NCBI GenBank assembly: GCA_040437565.1
Contig: JBDOQK010000036.1
Coordinates: 310,001-374,000 of the forward strand
DNA from: Albugo candida
Lineage: Eukaryota
Reading direction: 5' to 3'
DNA: 64,000 nucleotides
The translations under genes and the position numbers were made by a program. Within the stretch, counting starts at the first letter, position 1. Every line of letters begins with the position of its first letter. Positions 23,277 to 35,796 of the stretch are shown here, in pieces. Below the pieces are notes generated by a model. The model worked only from the letters and a program-made list of their open reading frames with translations. It searched no databases and was not told the DNA's origin.

Positions 23277-24812
23277 ATGAAGTTTAGTCTAATTTACTTG
23301 ACAATAATCGGTCTTGTTGATGGGGAGAATGAGAGTAAGCCAGGGTACTGCAAAAACGACCAGGCTTGTCAGACCATAAATAAGAATTATTCTTGTGTGA
23401 GTGTTCAAACAACACGTGCGGCTACCGTCGACGTTAAAGAATGTGTACCGAACGAGAGAGTCGGTGATATTTGTGGTGGAATCACACCTGGAATGTGTCC
23501 AACCTTCGCGGCGTGGGCCCCTGCGTACACGGCAATTAATACCGTGTGTGCGTATGTTATCCCTACAGCTAAATGTAAGAAAGAAGGGACGCCAAGCAAA
23601 GCTGGAGCCGTGGATTGTATGTACATTGAAGACGAAACCAACCAACAGATCGGAGTGATTTATGGCTGTGTTGATTATGACACGAAAGAAGGGCGACTGT
23701 TATTCGAAAAAAAATCCAAGTCAGACAAACTTGCCTCAAAAATTCAATATGAATCGTTTTTGGGTAAGGCATGCTCACAGGCCAACTCTACTCTTTGTGC
23801 AGGTCGAGGAACATGTCGACCTGACCAGCAGAAATCGACCAAGTATTACTGCGCTTGTAATGTTGGTTACACCGGTTCCCACTGCCAGAAAATCGACAGT
23901 AACAAATGTACTAACAAGGGACAATGTACCGCTGGATTCTGCGATTTGAATTTACGAGAATGTCGTTGCCCTGCAGGAACTACTGGAGACCAGTGTGCAT
24001 TATGTGATCCAAAGTACCCGAAACCTTGCTCTGGCAATGGGAAGTGCACTGGAAAGGCTGATTCGAATGGAGATAACACTGATTNNNNNNNNNNNNNNNN
24101 NNNNNNNNNNNNNNNNNNNNNNNNNNNNNNNNNNNNNNNNNNNNNNNNNNNNNNNNNNNNNNNNNNNNNNNNNNNNNNNNNNNNCTCAAAAATTCAATAT
24201 GAATCGTTTTTGGGTAAGGCATGCTCACAGGCCAACTCTACTCTTTGTGCAGGTCGAGGAACATGTCGACCTGACCAGCAGAAATCGACCAAGTATTACT
24301 GCGCTTGTAATGTTGGTTACACCGGTTCCCACTGCCAGAAAATCGACAGTAACAAATGTACTAACAAGGGACAATGTACCGCTGGATTCTGCGATTTGAA
24401 TTTACGAGAATGTCGTTGCCCTGCAGGAACTACTGGAGACCAGTGTGCATTATGTGATCCAAAGTACCCGAAACCTTGCTCTGGCAATGGGAAGTGCACT
24501 GGAAAGGCTGATTCGAATGGAGATAACACTGATTTAGACTCTATGGCAATGACGACGAGTAATCTTCAGGCAACTACAAATGGATCTGCTAGGTTCCTGG
24601 ATGGATCCATGGATGGGTCTCAGAGCAAAGGTAGTGAGTTTACATGCGTATGCAACACGGGATGGCAAGGAACACATTGTCAAACATCTACGGATCCAGC
24701 AAAGAATTCAGCTGGAGATGACGGACCAAGCCAAGCATCGAGTGCCTCACACTCATTGGCATCCATCAGTGCTTTTGCGGTCATGTTGGTCACCCTCGCC
24801 GCATTCCATTAA
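23277..24812 (+). CDS. Secreted Cys-rich EGF-like repeat protein, probably GPI-anchored
   Basis: Signal peptide MKFSLIYLTIIGLVDG; EGF motifs CACNVGYTGSHC, CRCPAGTTGDQC, CVCNTGWQGTHC; S/A-rich linker then hydrophobic C-terminus. 24185-24534 duplicates 23735-24084 across an N gap (artefact). Confidence 0.8.
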   Translation: MKFSLIYLTIIGLVDGENESKPGYCKNDQACQTINKNYSCVSVQTTRAATVDVKECVPNERVGDICGGITPGMCPTFAAWAPAYTAINTVCAYVIPTAKCKKEGTPSKAGAVDCMYIEDETNQQIGVIYGCVDYDTKEGRLLFEKKSKSDKLASKIQYESFLGKACSQANSTLCAGRGTCRPDQQKSTKYYCACNVGYTGSHCQKIDSNKCTNKGQCTAGFCDLNLRECRCPAGTTGDQCALCDPKYPKPCSGNGKCTGKADSNGDNTDXXXXXXXXXXXXXXXXXXXXXXXXXXXXXXXXXXSKIQYESFLGKACSQANSTLCAGRGTCRPDQQKSTKYYCACNVGYTGSHCQKIDSNKCTNKGQCTAGFCDLNLRECRCPAGTTGDQCALCDPKYPKPCSGNGKCTGKADSNGDNTDLDSMAMTTSNLQATTNGSARFLDGSMDGSQSKGSEFTCVCNTGWQGTHCQTSTDPAKNSAGDDGPSQASSASHSLASISAFAVMLVTLAAFH

Positions 24813-24969
24813 GTTCTTTAGAAACTTTTGTGCATGTCGCTGAAGTAGCTGCTTCTTCCTGTAATTTCTTGAAAATACAAGATATGTTTTAGGACTGAAT
24901 TGGAGACCGTCTTGTATTGTGCATGATATAGTAGAGTAGAATTCTGCTCATTAAACGACACACCTTCTA

Positions 24970-27108
24970 ATGAGCGCAGGAATCTATCGTCGACGAAGAA
25001 GAAATAAGGATTTTGTGTGGCATGTATGCGTGTCTATATGTACATTTGCCTATCTGGGAGATGCGTTCTCCCTTCCAGGTGTACAGATGATTACATACAA
25101 CAAAGGCGATCGTCTGCCACTTTATGTAAATAGTATGACATCTTCAGAGACGCTTCTGCCGCTTGATCACTACAAGCTGCCATTTTGTCAGGTACGTTTG
25201 ATTCCTTTTACTCTCCAAACATCTCACCGTTTATCAACATCCGTAGCCCACCAAGCTTGAGTATAAGTCCGAAAATCTTGGAGAATATCTCACTGCGAAT
25301 CGAATTCAGAATTCGCCTTACAATGTAAAAACTTCGCTTATCAAGTGATAAAGGTTATCAGTTCACATGTTTTATTAGCTTACATTTCTGGAACCTCAAG
25401 CCTGTTCCCTCTTATGTACGAAAACATATTCCACCAATCAGATCCGATCCTTTGCTTCCCGCATTCAGTCGTCTTATCAGATTCATTACATTGTGGACAA
25501 TTTGCCAATATCGTCCGTGACGTCGGAAGGATACTTATCTGTGGGATACCCGCTCGGTCAATCTGCCAGCAAAGACGCAAGCCCTCGACTCAACAATCAT
25601 GTCACCATAGTTATCGGCTACAATGACGCCAACACGGAGTCACCCGAACAAGGCCGCATTGTGGACTTTCAGGCATTCCCATTTAGCTTTGCGTACGAAG
25701 AAAAAGATCTCGTCAAAACCGGTGATCGAATGACTTCTTGTGATTGGTCTTCGAAAGTACCGCCACTGTATATGGACAAAAACTCCAAAGAACTCCGTGT
25801 ATACTGGACGTATAGTGTGGAGTGGATGCTTAAGAATGACGTGGATTGGCGTACGAGGTGGGATATATACTTTGAAGCTGGCTCAGGAACAGATGAAGTA
25901 CACTGGTTCTCCATCATAAATGCTCTTTTGATCGTCTTGTTTCTAAGCGGGATGGTTGGCTTGATCTTGATGCGAAGTCTTCATCGCGATATCAGTCGAT
26001 ACAATCGCGTTCCGACCGATGAAGAGCGTGCTGAAGAGCGCGAGGAATCCGGGTGGAAATTGGTTCACGCGGATTTATTTCGTCCACCAGCCACAAATCC
26101 GATACTATTTTGTGTGATGGTTGGAACCGGAATGCAGGTTCTCCTGATGAGTCTTGTGACTTTGCAATTTGCAGCATTGGGCATGCTAGCGCCATCGAAC
26201 CGCGGAAAGCTAGTTATTGCACTACTCGTTTGCTTTGTTTTGTTGGGCGCTCTTGCAGGATTCGTATCGGCTCGGCTGTACAAGATGTTTCGAGGCAAGC
26301 GCTGGCAACTCTGCACAGCGCTGACAGCAACACTTTTTCCAGGCGTTCTGTTTTCCACGTTTTTCTTTCTCAATCTATTCGTTTGGGCGTGGGGATCCGA
26401 TGCGGCCGTACCATTTGGATCCATCTTGCTGGTCTTTTTCCTTTGGACGGGAATCTCCATTCCGCTTGTATTTACTGGAGCTTTTTTTGGATTTCGGTAT
26501 GTTCAGAACCGCCTCATTTCGACCAAGTCACTCATATGTTTCTGACCGCAGAAAGCCGCCAATTGCATTTCCAGTTGCTACCAGCAATATTCCACGTCCC
26601 ATCCCGCCTCAACCATGGTACATGACCAACATGGTCGCTGCAGTGGTCGGCGGAGTGCTTCCATTTGGCGCGATTTTCGTAGAACTATTCTTTGTACTTT
26701 CATCGATATGGACCGACAAGTATTACTACGTCTATGGGTTCCTATTGATCTCCTTTTTTATCCTGATCAACACATGCGCGGAAGTCACAATTGTTCTCAC
26801 GTATTTTCAGCTCTGCGCCGAAGATTATAAATGGTATCCCTTCAACTTGAAATGTGCATGTTTCTGACCTTATGTGTAGGTGGTGGCGCTCGTTTCTCGT
26901 ATCAGGTGCATGTGGAGGATACGTGTTTGCATACTCGTGTTATTACTTTTGGACGCGATTGGACGTGAGCAATTTTATCGGTGCGATGCTGTACTTTGGA
27001 TATATGGCGATGATATCTGGCGCTTTGTCCCTTCTCACTGGCGCTGTCGGCTTCTTTGCCGCCTTCCTATTCACACGTAAGATATATGCGTCCATAAAAG
27101 TTGACTAA
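24970..27108 (+). CDS. TM9SF: Transmembrane 9 superfamily (EMP70/nonaspanin) protein, multi-exon
   Basis: FSLPGV..Y..GD..LYVN..LPFC; DNLP; VHWFSIIN; ESGWKLVHADLFRPP; GGVLPFGAIFVEL; WWRSF; C-terminal IYASIKVD (KxD signal). Confidence 0.95.
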
Positions 27109-27356
27109 GCGAAGAGCTCACAATACAATTCCGACACATTTTGTCGCATCGTTGTCATGTACTTAAAGAGCCGGCATCGATTCGAAATACGAGCGTGTAT
27201 ACTTTAATTCAGATATAATAGTTCAGAAGTAGTTTCCAATAAAGCGCCAGTGGGATTCCTGCAGCGCTCCGCGATAAAAAAGGAACCTTTTGCGTCACAA
27301 TGTGATGTCATTCTGTAATTTGCAGTCAAGCACGCAATTTGAATCAAATACGCTCC

Positions 27357-30300
27357 ATGCGGTTTGCAGAAACAACTGCATTTTTGGACTGGAAATCGGA
27401 TTTGAATGCTCAAAACACATACTCAATATCGAGCGAGCGAGACGATTTGCTGCTGTGTGATGATATTTTACAAGTGTCAAATGTGACAGAACGACTGCTT
27501 TTACGTGTGCTTGAGATTCGATATAAAAATCAACTTATTTACACAAATGTTGGACCAATTCTCATTGCTTTGAATCCGTATACGACACTCCCGGCGCTGT
27601 ACACACGAGCGCTGATGGCTCGATACAGCACCGATACCACGCATCTGCTCCCTCCGCATGTGTTTGCAATAGCACAACAATCATACGCTCAGCTACTACG
27701 CGATACAGATCGACCTTGCAATCAGAGTATTCTGATAACAGGCGAAAGCGGTGCCGGCAAGACAGAGACCATGAAGTATCTAATGCAGTATCTGACGCAA
27801 TCAACTCTCCAATCTCAGCAGGAAAAGCGTTCAATGTGGCTACAAACTTGTGTTTTGAATGCACATCCGTTGCTCGAAGCCTTTGGAAATGCGAAAACCA
27901 GTCGAAATGATAACTCGAGTCGATTTGGAAAATACATTGAGATACAATTCAATGCACGAGGGAATATGACCGGTGGCGAAATCCACTCGTTTTTATTGGA
28001 GAGAACGCGAATTGTTGCATTAAATGACGACGAGCGAAATTATCACATTTTCTATCAGGTGCGTTCTTTTCAAACTGACAATTGCTTACTTATTGGGAAG
28101 GATTCATTAGCTTCTCGCCGGTGCGGATCAAGATACTTGCGATCAATTAAAGCTGAAATCTGCCCACGAATTCGCATTGCTTCAGTCTAATTGCCCAACG
28201 CTGTCAGGCTCGTACGATACTGACCTATTACTTTGCATGACAATGACCAATTTCGTACATGTAGCGATGACGCCAAACGCTTTGCCAATACGATCGAGTG
28301 CATGTCGTCCTTGAACATCTCTTGTATGGATCGCTCGGATGTGTTTACAATTCTGGCAGCGATATTACACCTTGGGAATGTAAGCTTTCGATCAATTGAA
28401 GACTCCACAGAATTACATGATGATGTCGCGTATGATACGCTTACTCATGTGGCGTTATTGCTTGGAATCAATGTAATGGCTTTACAAAAAGCATTACTGA
28501 CTCGCTCAATGTATGTGGATGGCAAAAGAATCATTCAAAAGCAGCGGATCGTCCAAGTTTGTGATAAACGTGATGCAATTGCCAAAGCGTTGTACGCCAA
28601 TACATTCCAATGGCTACTTTCTAAAATCAATGAATCGATCTCCACAACAGAGCGCTGGGGAAGTATTGGGATCCTCGATATGTACGGCTTTGAGAATTTC
28701 AAAGTCAATACATTCGAACAGCTTTGTATCAATTATGCGAACGAAAAACTTCAATGGCATTTCATGCAGCAAATGATTGCGTACGAGCAGAAAGAATACG
28801 TTCAGGAAGGAATTAAATGGCAATGTATCGCGTATGAGGATAACGCTGCTTGCTTACAACTGATCGAAGCGAAAATGGCCGGTTCCAGCGGTATTCTCAA
28901 CACGTTGGATGATTGCTGGAGACATAAAGACCTAGCTGATCGGAGATTTCTTGGACAATTAAACGCTGCGTTTGGTCGAAAATCGCTAAGTGGGTCGAGC
29001 CAACACGCTCATTATCTCCATCCCAAAGTCGATGCAGACAAACGATTTGGAATACGACATTTTGCTGGTGACGTGTTTTATGATGTCAAAGGATTTAATG
29101 AGAAGAACTCGGAAACACTTACATTGGAGCTTCGAGAATTACTGAAATCAAGCGATAAAGCGTTTGTGTCGAATTTATTCCAGACACGAATGCGGGTACG
29201 TGATCGGAGTTTGAGAGAAGCTTCGGTAGGCACGCAATTCCGAGGTCAATTGCATCGATTTATGAAAAGTATCAGCGATACGCAATCCGCTTATGTTCGG
29301 TGTATGAAGCCCAATACGACTCGAGAAACGAGAAAATTTGAGCATTTGTACTGCCAGCAACAACTTCGAAGCTCTGGCATGCTACAAGTTGTTCAAATTC
29401 GTCAGCAAGGCTTCCCAGTGCGTGCACAAATAAATTCTATTTTCCAGGCTTTTGGAAAACTCTTTCCAATGGCTTCCAACGGCACTCAAATTCTGAGAAT
29501 TATTTCGAGGATTTTGGCTCTTGACACGAACGCATGGGAATGTGGAAGCTCAAAGCTGTTTATGCGGCTCGATATCGCCGTTTGGATGCATAAGCTATTC
29601 AAAATATACTGCCGTATCGCCGCCACAAAAATCCAAAAATGGCATCGAAAGTATCGCCTTCGGGTCGCTGTGATGAAGCTCCAACGATTCACTCGAAAAT
29701 GCTTATCGCAAAAGAGAAAATCTCGAGCAGAAATACTGATCCAATCGTTTGAGCTGTCTCATCGAATGCGTGCGGTCGATACAAAACCCATTAAAAAAGC
29801 TTCGCTGCCCGAGCAAAATCGACACGAGACTGCAGCCGAGTCGTCTGAAGGCTCAGCGATACAAGTCTGCCGGTTGATTGCACAATTACGCCTTCCAAAG
29901 CCTGTGACAATCCTCTCCGATTCTACTGTTTTGGAAGCGTGTAAGCTGATGACACGAATGCGCTGTGAGGCTGTTCTAGTGCTCGATTCCGAGAATAAAG
30001 AATTTCGTGGACTGATCACCGATGAAGACGTTGCCGAGCGCTTCGTAGCACGTCAATGGAATGCAAACACATTGCTATCCAAAATCGTCGAAATGTGTCC
30101 TGTTGTGCACAATGATCAAGATATCGCCGACGCCTTTGCTATAATGCAAGAGAAAGGAATGCATCATGTGCCCGTCCTCGAGAAGAGCGAGGTCTGTGGC
30201 GTCATTAGTGTGTCTCATTACATTCACTACACGCTCGAGCGCACAGAGGTCTGGACACAATCTTTCCGAGAAGAATCAGACGGTATGGATCTCACACTAC

Positions 30301-33300
30301 GTTCTTTCTTGGAGAAAATCTTGAATCCTTCGCTCGAGGAGCTCATATCATCGGGTTTATGGGATCAGAAACATCCGCTTCTTGTAGAGAAGAATGAGAA
30401 CGTCGCTAGTGTCACGAGTAAAATGCGAAAATATCGACAGATCGCACTCGTTATGGACGCGGAATCGAAATTGTGTGGCGTGTTCACTACCAAAGACCTC
30501 GTTCATCGCGTCATTGCGAAACAAAGGAACCCTCAGCTNNNNNNNNNNNNNNNNNNNNNNNNNNNNNNNNNNNNNNNNNNNNNNNNNNNNNNNNNNNNNN
30601 NNNNNNNNNNNNNNNNNNNNNNNNNNNNNNNNNNNNNNATCAGAAACATCCGCTTCTTGTAGAGAAGAATGAGAACGTCGCTAGTGTCACGAGTAAAATG
30701 CGAAAATATCGACAGATCGCACTCGTTATGGACGCGGAATCGAAATTGTGTGGCGTGTTCACTACCAAAGACCTCGTTCATCGCGTCATTGCGAAACAAA
30801 GGAACCCTCAGCTACTTTGTGTCATGGAAGTTATGACACCTCAACCCGAGCGAATTTCACCGCTTCAAAATAGCGTCGAGGCACTGAGGATGATGCATGA
30901 AGAACGCTTTCTTCATTTGCCAATGATTCAGAATGAGCAGATTATGGGCACAGTCGATGTCCTCACATTGACTGGTGCTTTCCTTCACGTAGAACGTGTT
31001 GAGCGCCTTTGGAAGCATTTTTGCTGGCAGACAAAAGATGACGTCGCTTGGACAGTTGCGAGCTTTGATTCATCTCCAGCGATCCCCATTGAGTCGTCTC
31101 TGACGGCCGGGCAAGCGATGCAAATTATGAAAGAAACACGAAACAATACTTTGCTTGTGACCCACAAACTCTCACTACAGCCGCAGTCGATTGTGGGCAT
31201 TTTGTGTGCATTCGATATCTACCGAGAAATCTTTGGGAAGAAGAGTCCAAATACGCCCATCACGCAACTCTGCTTGGAACGCTTTGAATGGGCTCTTTCA
31301 GAGGACAATGCGTTCTCGCTGGTGGCGAAGATGCGAGAAAATCGAGTGCGTTTCGTCGCGCTAAAATGCCTTCAAACGAACGAATGCATTGGACTTGTCC
31401 ATCCAAACGCACTTGTGGCTGGCATTATCGATTGCCTCGAGCAATTCTCTGTATCAGAACACGTACAGGATCAAGCTGTTGACCAGAGCAGATTTTGTGC
31501 ATCACATGTTTTCGAGCCAATTTGGAGAGACCTCGCTGATCCATTGATCGATTGCACCAATTCTGATCATCCCATCACCATCTCTGAGGACACAACCATC
31601 GCACAAGCAATTGCGCAGATCAACAACAAGTCTCTCGTACTCGTCACTGATGCTACACAGCGTCCATTAAGGCTCCTATCACCCGATCTGATCACGCAAA
31701 TGAACCAAAAATCCGAATGGCCGGATGGAGAAATGCTTCTGAGCACAACTGACGAGCAAAATGTGATCGCGACATCGGATACGAGCCTTCTGGAAGCACT
31801 TTGTATTCTGCGCGACACAAAGTGCGAGTCTCTCGGCGTTCAAATCGATGAATTCGTTCGTGTGATCGATGGAATGGATTTATGTCTTCAGGCTGTGAAA
31901 AGCATCCAATCTCGCAGCTCGTTTGCGTTCCAGGAAATGAAAAGCTTCTTAACCACATCAAAGTCAAAAAGTGCGAGATTTTCAACCACCAGTGACGCCA
32001 GTACAAAAAGCACTCGAGACTCAGAGACGCAGCTATCTCCGACAGTAGCGGCGATACCTCTAGCCAAAGCGATTTGCATCGATGTGAAGGCCAAATTACC
32101 GCGACTTGTATCACTATTTGAACAAAGTCAAAGTTCTTACGTGATAGTGTGTGACAAAGGGGATCTCTGTGGTGTTGTGACGGAGACTGACGTCGCAAGG
32201 TGTGTCGTACGCGAGCATCACGACCTACAGAATACTTTGGTCGTTGATGTTATGAGGAAGAATCCCATGTCGATCTCAAGTCAAAGCTCCGCCACAGACG
32301 CTCTAACTCTAATGGTTCAACATCGTCTCTGCCATTTACCAGTGACGGATTCCGTGAGCAAGCAAATCATTGGCGTTCTTCATCTGCAAAGCTGCATGTT
32401 TGAAGCGATCTCAGTGCTCAGAAACGAAAAAAACTCCTCTGTTCGCTCGCAAGAAGAAATGGACCTGGAAATGTGTCATAGCATTGAAATCGCTCTCCGT
32501 TTTATGGATCGGATATCGCTTTTAGATATTGAGGCCGTTTTGAAGCATAACGAGGTCGTACGTGTGGACCCCCACATGTGTGTCGCTGATGTTTGCAAAT
32601 GTATGGCTGACGCCGTCGCTGCACTTATTGTCGACCACAACGGAACATGTCTGGGCATTTTCACACCGAAACAATTGATACAGAACGTGCTGACAAGTGG
32701 ACATTGTGTCGATTCTACTGTGATTGTGGATGTGATGGAACCCATCCACTCGGCCTCCTTGCAACTGAGCGTCCGTTTGCTGGACGCCATGCAACTCATG
32801 CAGGATCGGAATGTATCTGTGCTTCCCGTGATTCAGTCCAAAACATTCCCACGTCCGCTTGGGGCTGTCGATTTTGTCACTCTGAGCTGTAGCTCCTTCG
32901 ATGCTGAGAAGCTCGACGACTGGAAAGCGTTCTGGAATGCATCTTTCGATCTTACCGGCAGACAGAAGCAACAAATGCCTTCATCTGACAGTCTTTTGCA
33001 TTCACGCAGACAGATAGATCGGATCATAACTTCCGATCAAACGGTAGCGAGTCTGCGGCCTTCAAAATGTGTCACTGTGACAGAAACTTTGACAATCACC
33101 GAATTGGCTGCAATTCTCAGTCAAAGACACTCAGATTCCGCTCTGGTCATCTCAGAAGATGGAGTTCTGCAAGGGATCGTCACCGATACCGACATTGCGT
33201 ATCGTGTCATCGGTGTAGGCAACGATCCAAATCGCATGATCGTCGCAGACATCATGACACCCAACCCGAAATTTGTTTGCGATAAAGACAGAGCTTTGGA

Positions 33301-35683
33301 TGCGATGTATGCAATGCTACAAGGCCGATTTCGACATTTACCGGTGATTAACGAGCACGGCGTTGTGGATGGTATTCTACGAATACAAAAGTGTTTAGAC
33401 GATGCAATAAAACGACTTGAAGGAATGCAAAAAGCTTCAGGCAAAATGGTTGAGAGTGTTCAAAAGCATTCGAATGCAGTCAAGTCGGGAAAAGTACGAC
33501 CCAAAGCCGTGCAAAGGCTGCTGAAAAAATTGTTATCACCATCGCTCCATACACTTTTGGAGAAGCAACTGCACGACGTATTGATCGTATCAAAACACGA
33601 TACCGTTAGTGTCGTTGTCGGTCAAATGATGCGAATCAAAAGCGCGGCTTTGGTCGTCGAACACACGGGAACTCGGAACGAGGAAGCCAAGATTGTTGGA
33701 CTGCTGACCCCCAATGATCTGCTGCTTCGAGTCATTGCAAACAAGTTGGATGCCAATACAATCAAGGTATCTCAGGTCATGAGTATGGATCCCATCATCG
33801 TGTCTTCTTCCATGCTGCTTTTGGACGCATTCCGTCTCATGTATCGAGAAAACCTCTTTTATCTTCCAGTTGTCAGGGGCACTGATGATTCGAATAAGGA
33901 GATCATTGGAATCCTCGACGTATTTTCTCTTTGTTACGAGACATTTACTGCTGTCCAGGATTCCTCGCTTCATAACGGAGAAGACTGGCGCTCATTTTGG
34001 GACCTCTCCCTCACGGGAATGGATATGCAGAATCCAATCCAAAAAAGCGATTCAACACCACAAATCGGATTCGAGCAGTCAACACAATCTTCCTTTCCGG
34101 AATCATTATGGCGTGATAAAGACGAAATCGGTAGCTTGACCACTATAACGAGCTTGCAGGACGAATTTCGACCCGTGTCAATGCTTCATCCACGAAAAGT
34201 GATGTGCCTTCCGCTGACGGCCAATGTCACGGAAGCAGCCAAATTGATGCGTCAGGCTCGAGCTGAAGCGATTGCGGTCACTAGCAGAGAAGGAGAGATA
34301 CAAGGAATTCTGACGGATACAGATATTGCAAGACGAGTTATCGCGCTTGATCTTGATCCCGCAAAGTGTCTGATCGAATCGGTCATGACAAGTCGACCGT
34401 GCTGTGTTCACGTCAACGACTCAGCTATTGAGGCTATCACTCGCATGCTGGAAGGTCAATTCAAACATCTTCCGGTCATCGGACAGGATGGAATGATCAC
34501 TGGTATGCTGGATATCTCAAAATGTCTAGTCGATGCCGTCGAATGTATGGAAAAAGTCCATCAGGCGAATTTGAAGCATGATGCCAGCTCTACGACCTCG
34601 CTTCTCTCGCGAGTGTTTGGCACATCTCAAAGCAAAATCAAGTATCCTACCGTCTTGGAAGCTCTTGAAAACGAGTCGAAACCTCCAATAATTCCATGTA
34701 CCATGTCTGTCCTGAAAGCAAGCAAGCTCATGGTAGAACACAAAAAAGCAGCCATTATTGTTAATTCTGAAAATCGGATTGTCGGCATGCTGACCCCCAA
34801 AGACATTCTCCGCAAACTTGTGGCAAAAGGTCTGAAAGCCAAATCGACAAGTGTGCGAATGGTCATGACGAAAGACCCCGATTTCATTCTTCCAAGCGCT
34901 ACGATTCTCGACAGTTTGCGTCGAATGTATGATGCCGGACAGCTGTTCATGCCGGTTTTGACCGCAGGAACGAAAGACGTGATCGGTATGGTCGATGTCT
35001 TGAGTCTCAGTTGCAGTCAATTTTCCACCACCAAAAGTAAAGACAGCGAAGATTGGAGGCGCTTTTGGCTCACAGCCATCAGTATGCAGCGTGACTCGGG
35101 ATATCATTCCGATGATGACATGTCGATGGGAACAATTGATGAATTCTTGCAGGAGGCCAATGATCACGGTTCTGTATCTCCAAGACGAAGAAAAGCGTGC
35201 TCATCGATTCCAACTGAATCGTGTAGCTCTCAGCTAACGTCTCGAAGCAGAGAAACATTTGTCTTCAAAATCAGTGACCAGCTTCATAAGCATTATCATC
35301 GCATCCGTTGTCGCTTTGATCAAATTGGTTTCCTTGAGACACAAATTCGAAGTAAGATAAGTCTCGACGACGATATTCCATTGCGTATGCGTTACGAAGA
35401 CGACGATGGCGATCTGATCATTTTGAGCAGTGACGAGAGTCTGATGGAAGCTGTTGATATGGCAAAGCGAGCCAGCTGGCGGCGATTGATGATCCTTGTT
35501 GATACGTCTGACAAAGGGAGCGTGGAAGATGACAAGAAGCTCGAGGAGAAAAGCATCATAAAATCACTTCGATTCAGAAGAGAGGGTAAGGCAAAACAAA
35601 AGCAGCAAGGTGTTGTTGCTGGAGGCGCGGCTGCTGTCATGGGTCTAGCGACAGTTGCTTTGTTCATGTTCAAACGAAAGTAG
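27357..35683 (+). CDS. MYO29: Myosin with IQ motifs, ~10 CBS pairs, PB1 domain and C-terminal TM anchor (class XXIX type)
   Basis: P-loop GESGAGKT, switch I NDNSSRFG, switch II DMYGFE, YVRCMKPN; IQ motifs IQKWHR and LQRFTR; repeated CBS signatures (GIVTDTDI..R, FRHLPV); PB1 YEDDDGDLIILSSD; TM GVVAGGAAAVMGLATVALFMF-KRK. Introns at 28059-28110 and 28212-28264. The ORF break at 30539 is a gap artefact. Confidence 0.88.
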
Positions 35684-35796
35684 GCCGATGTAGTAAGTAT
35701 TTTGTAATCAAAAACTTGATCCAATTGCATTTTCGATCGTGTTCGTTTGGTTGCAAATTAATGAATCGATACATCAAAAGTTAAGAGCGGTTTCCT

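Noticed and set aside
23735-24534. Apparent tandem duplication of EGF repeats
   Set aside because: Identical copies on either side of a 100-N gap; unmerged contig overlap.
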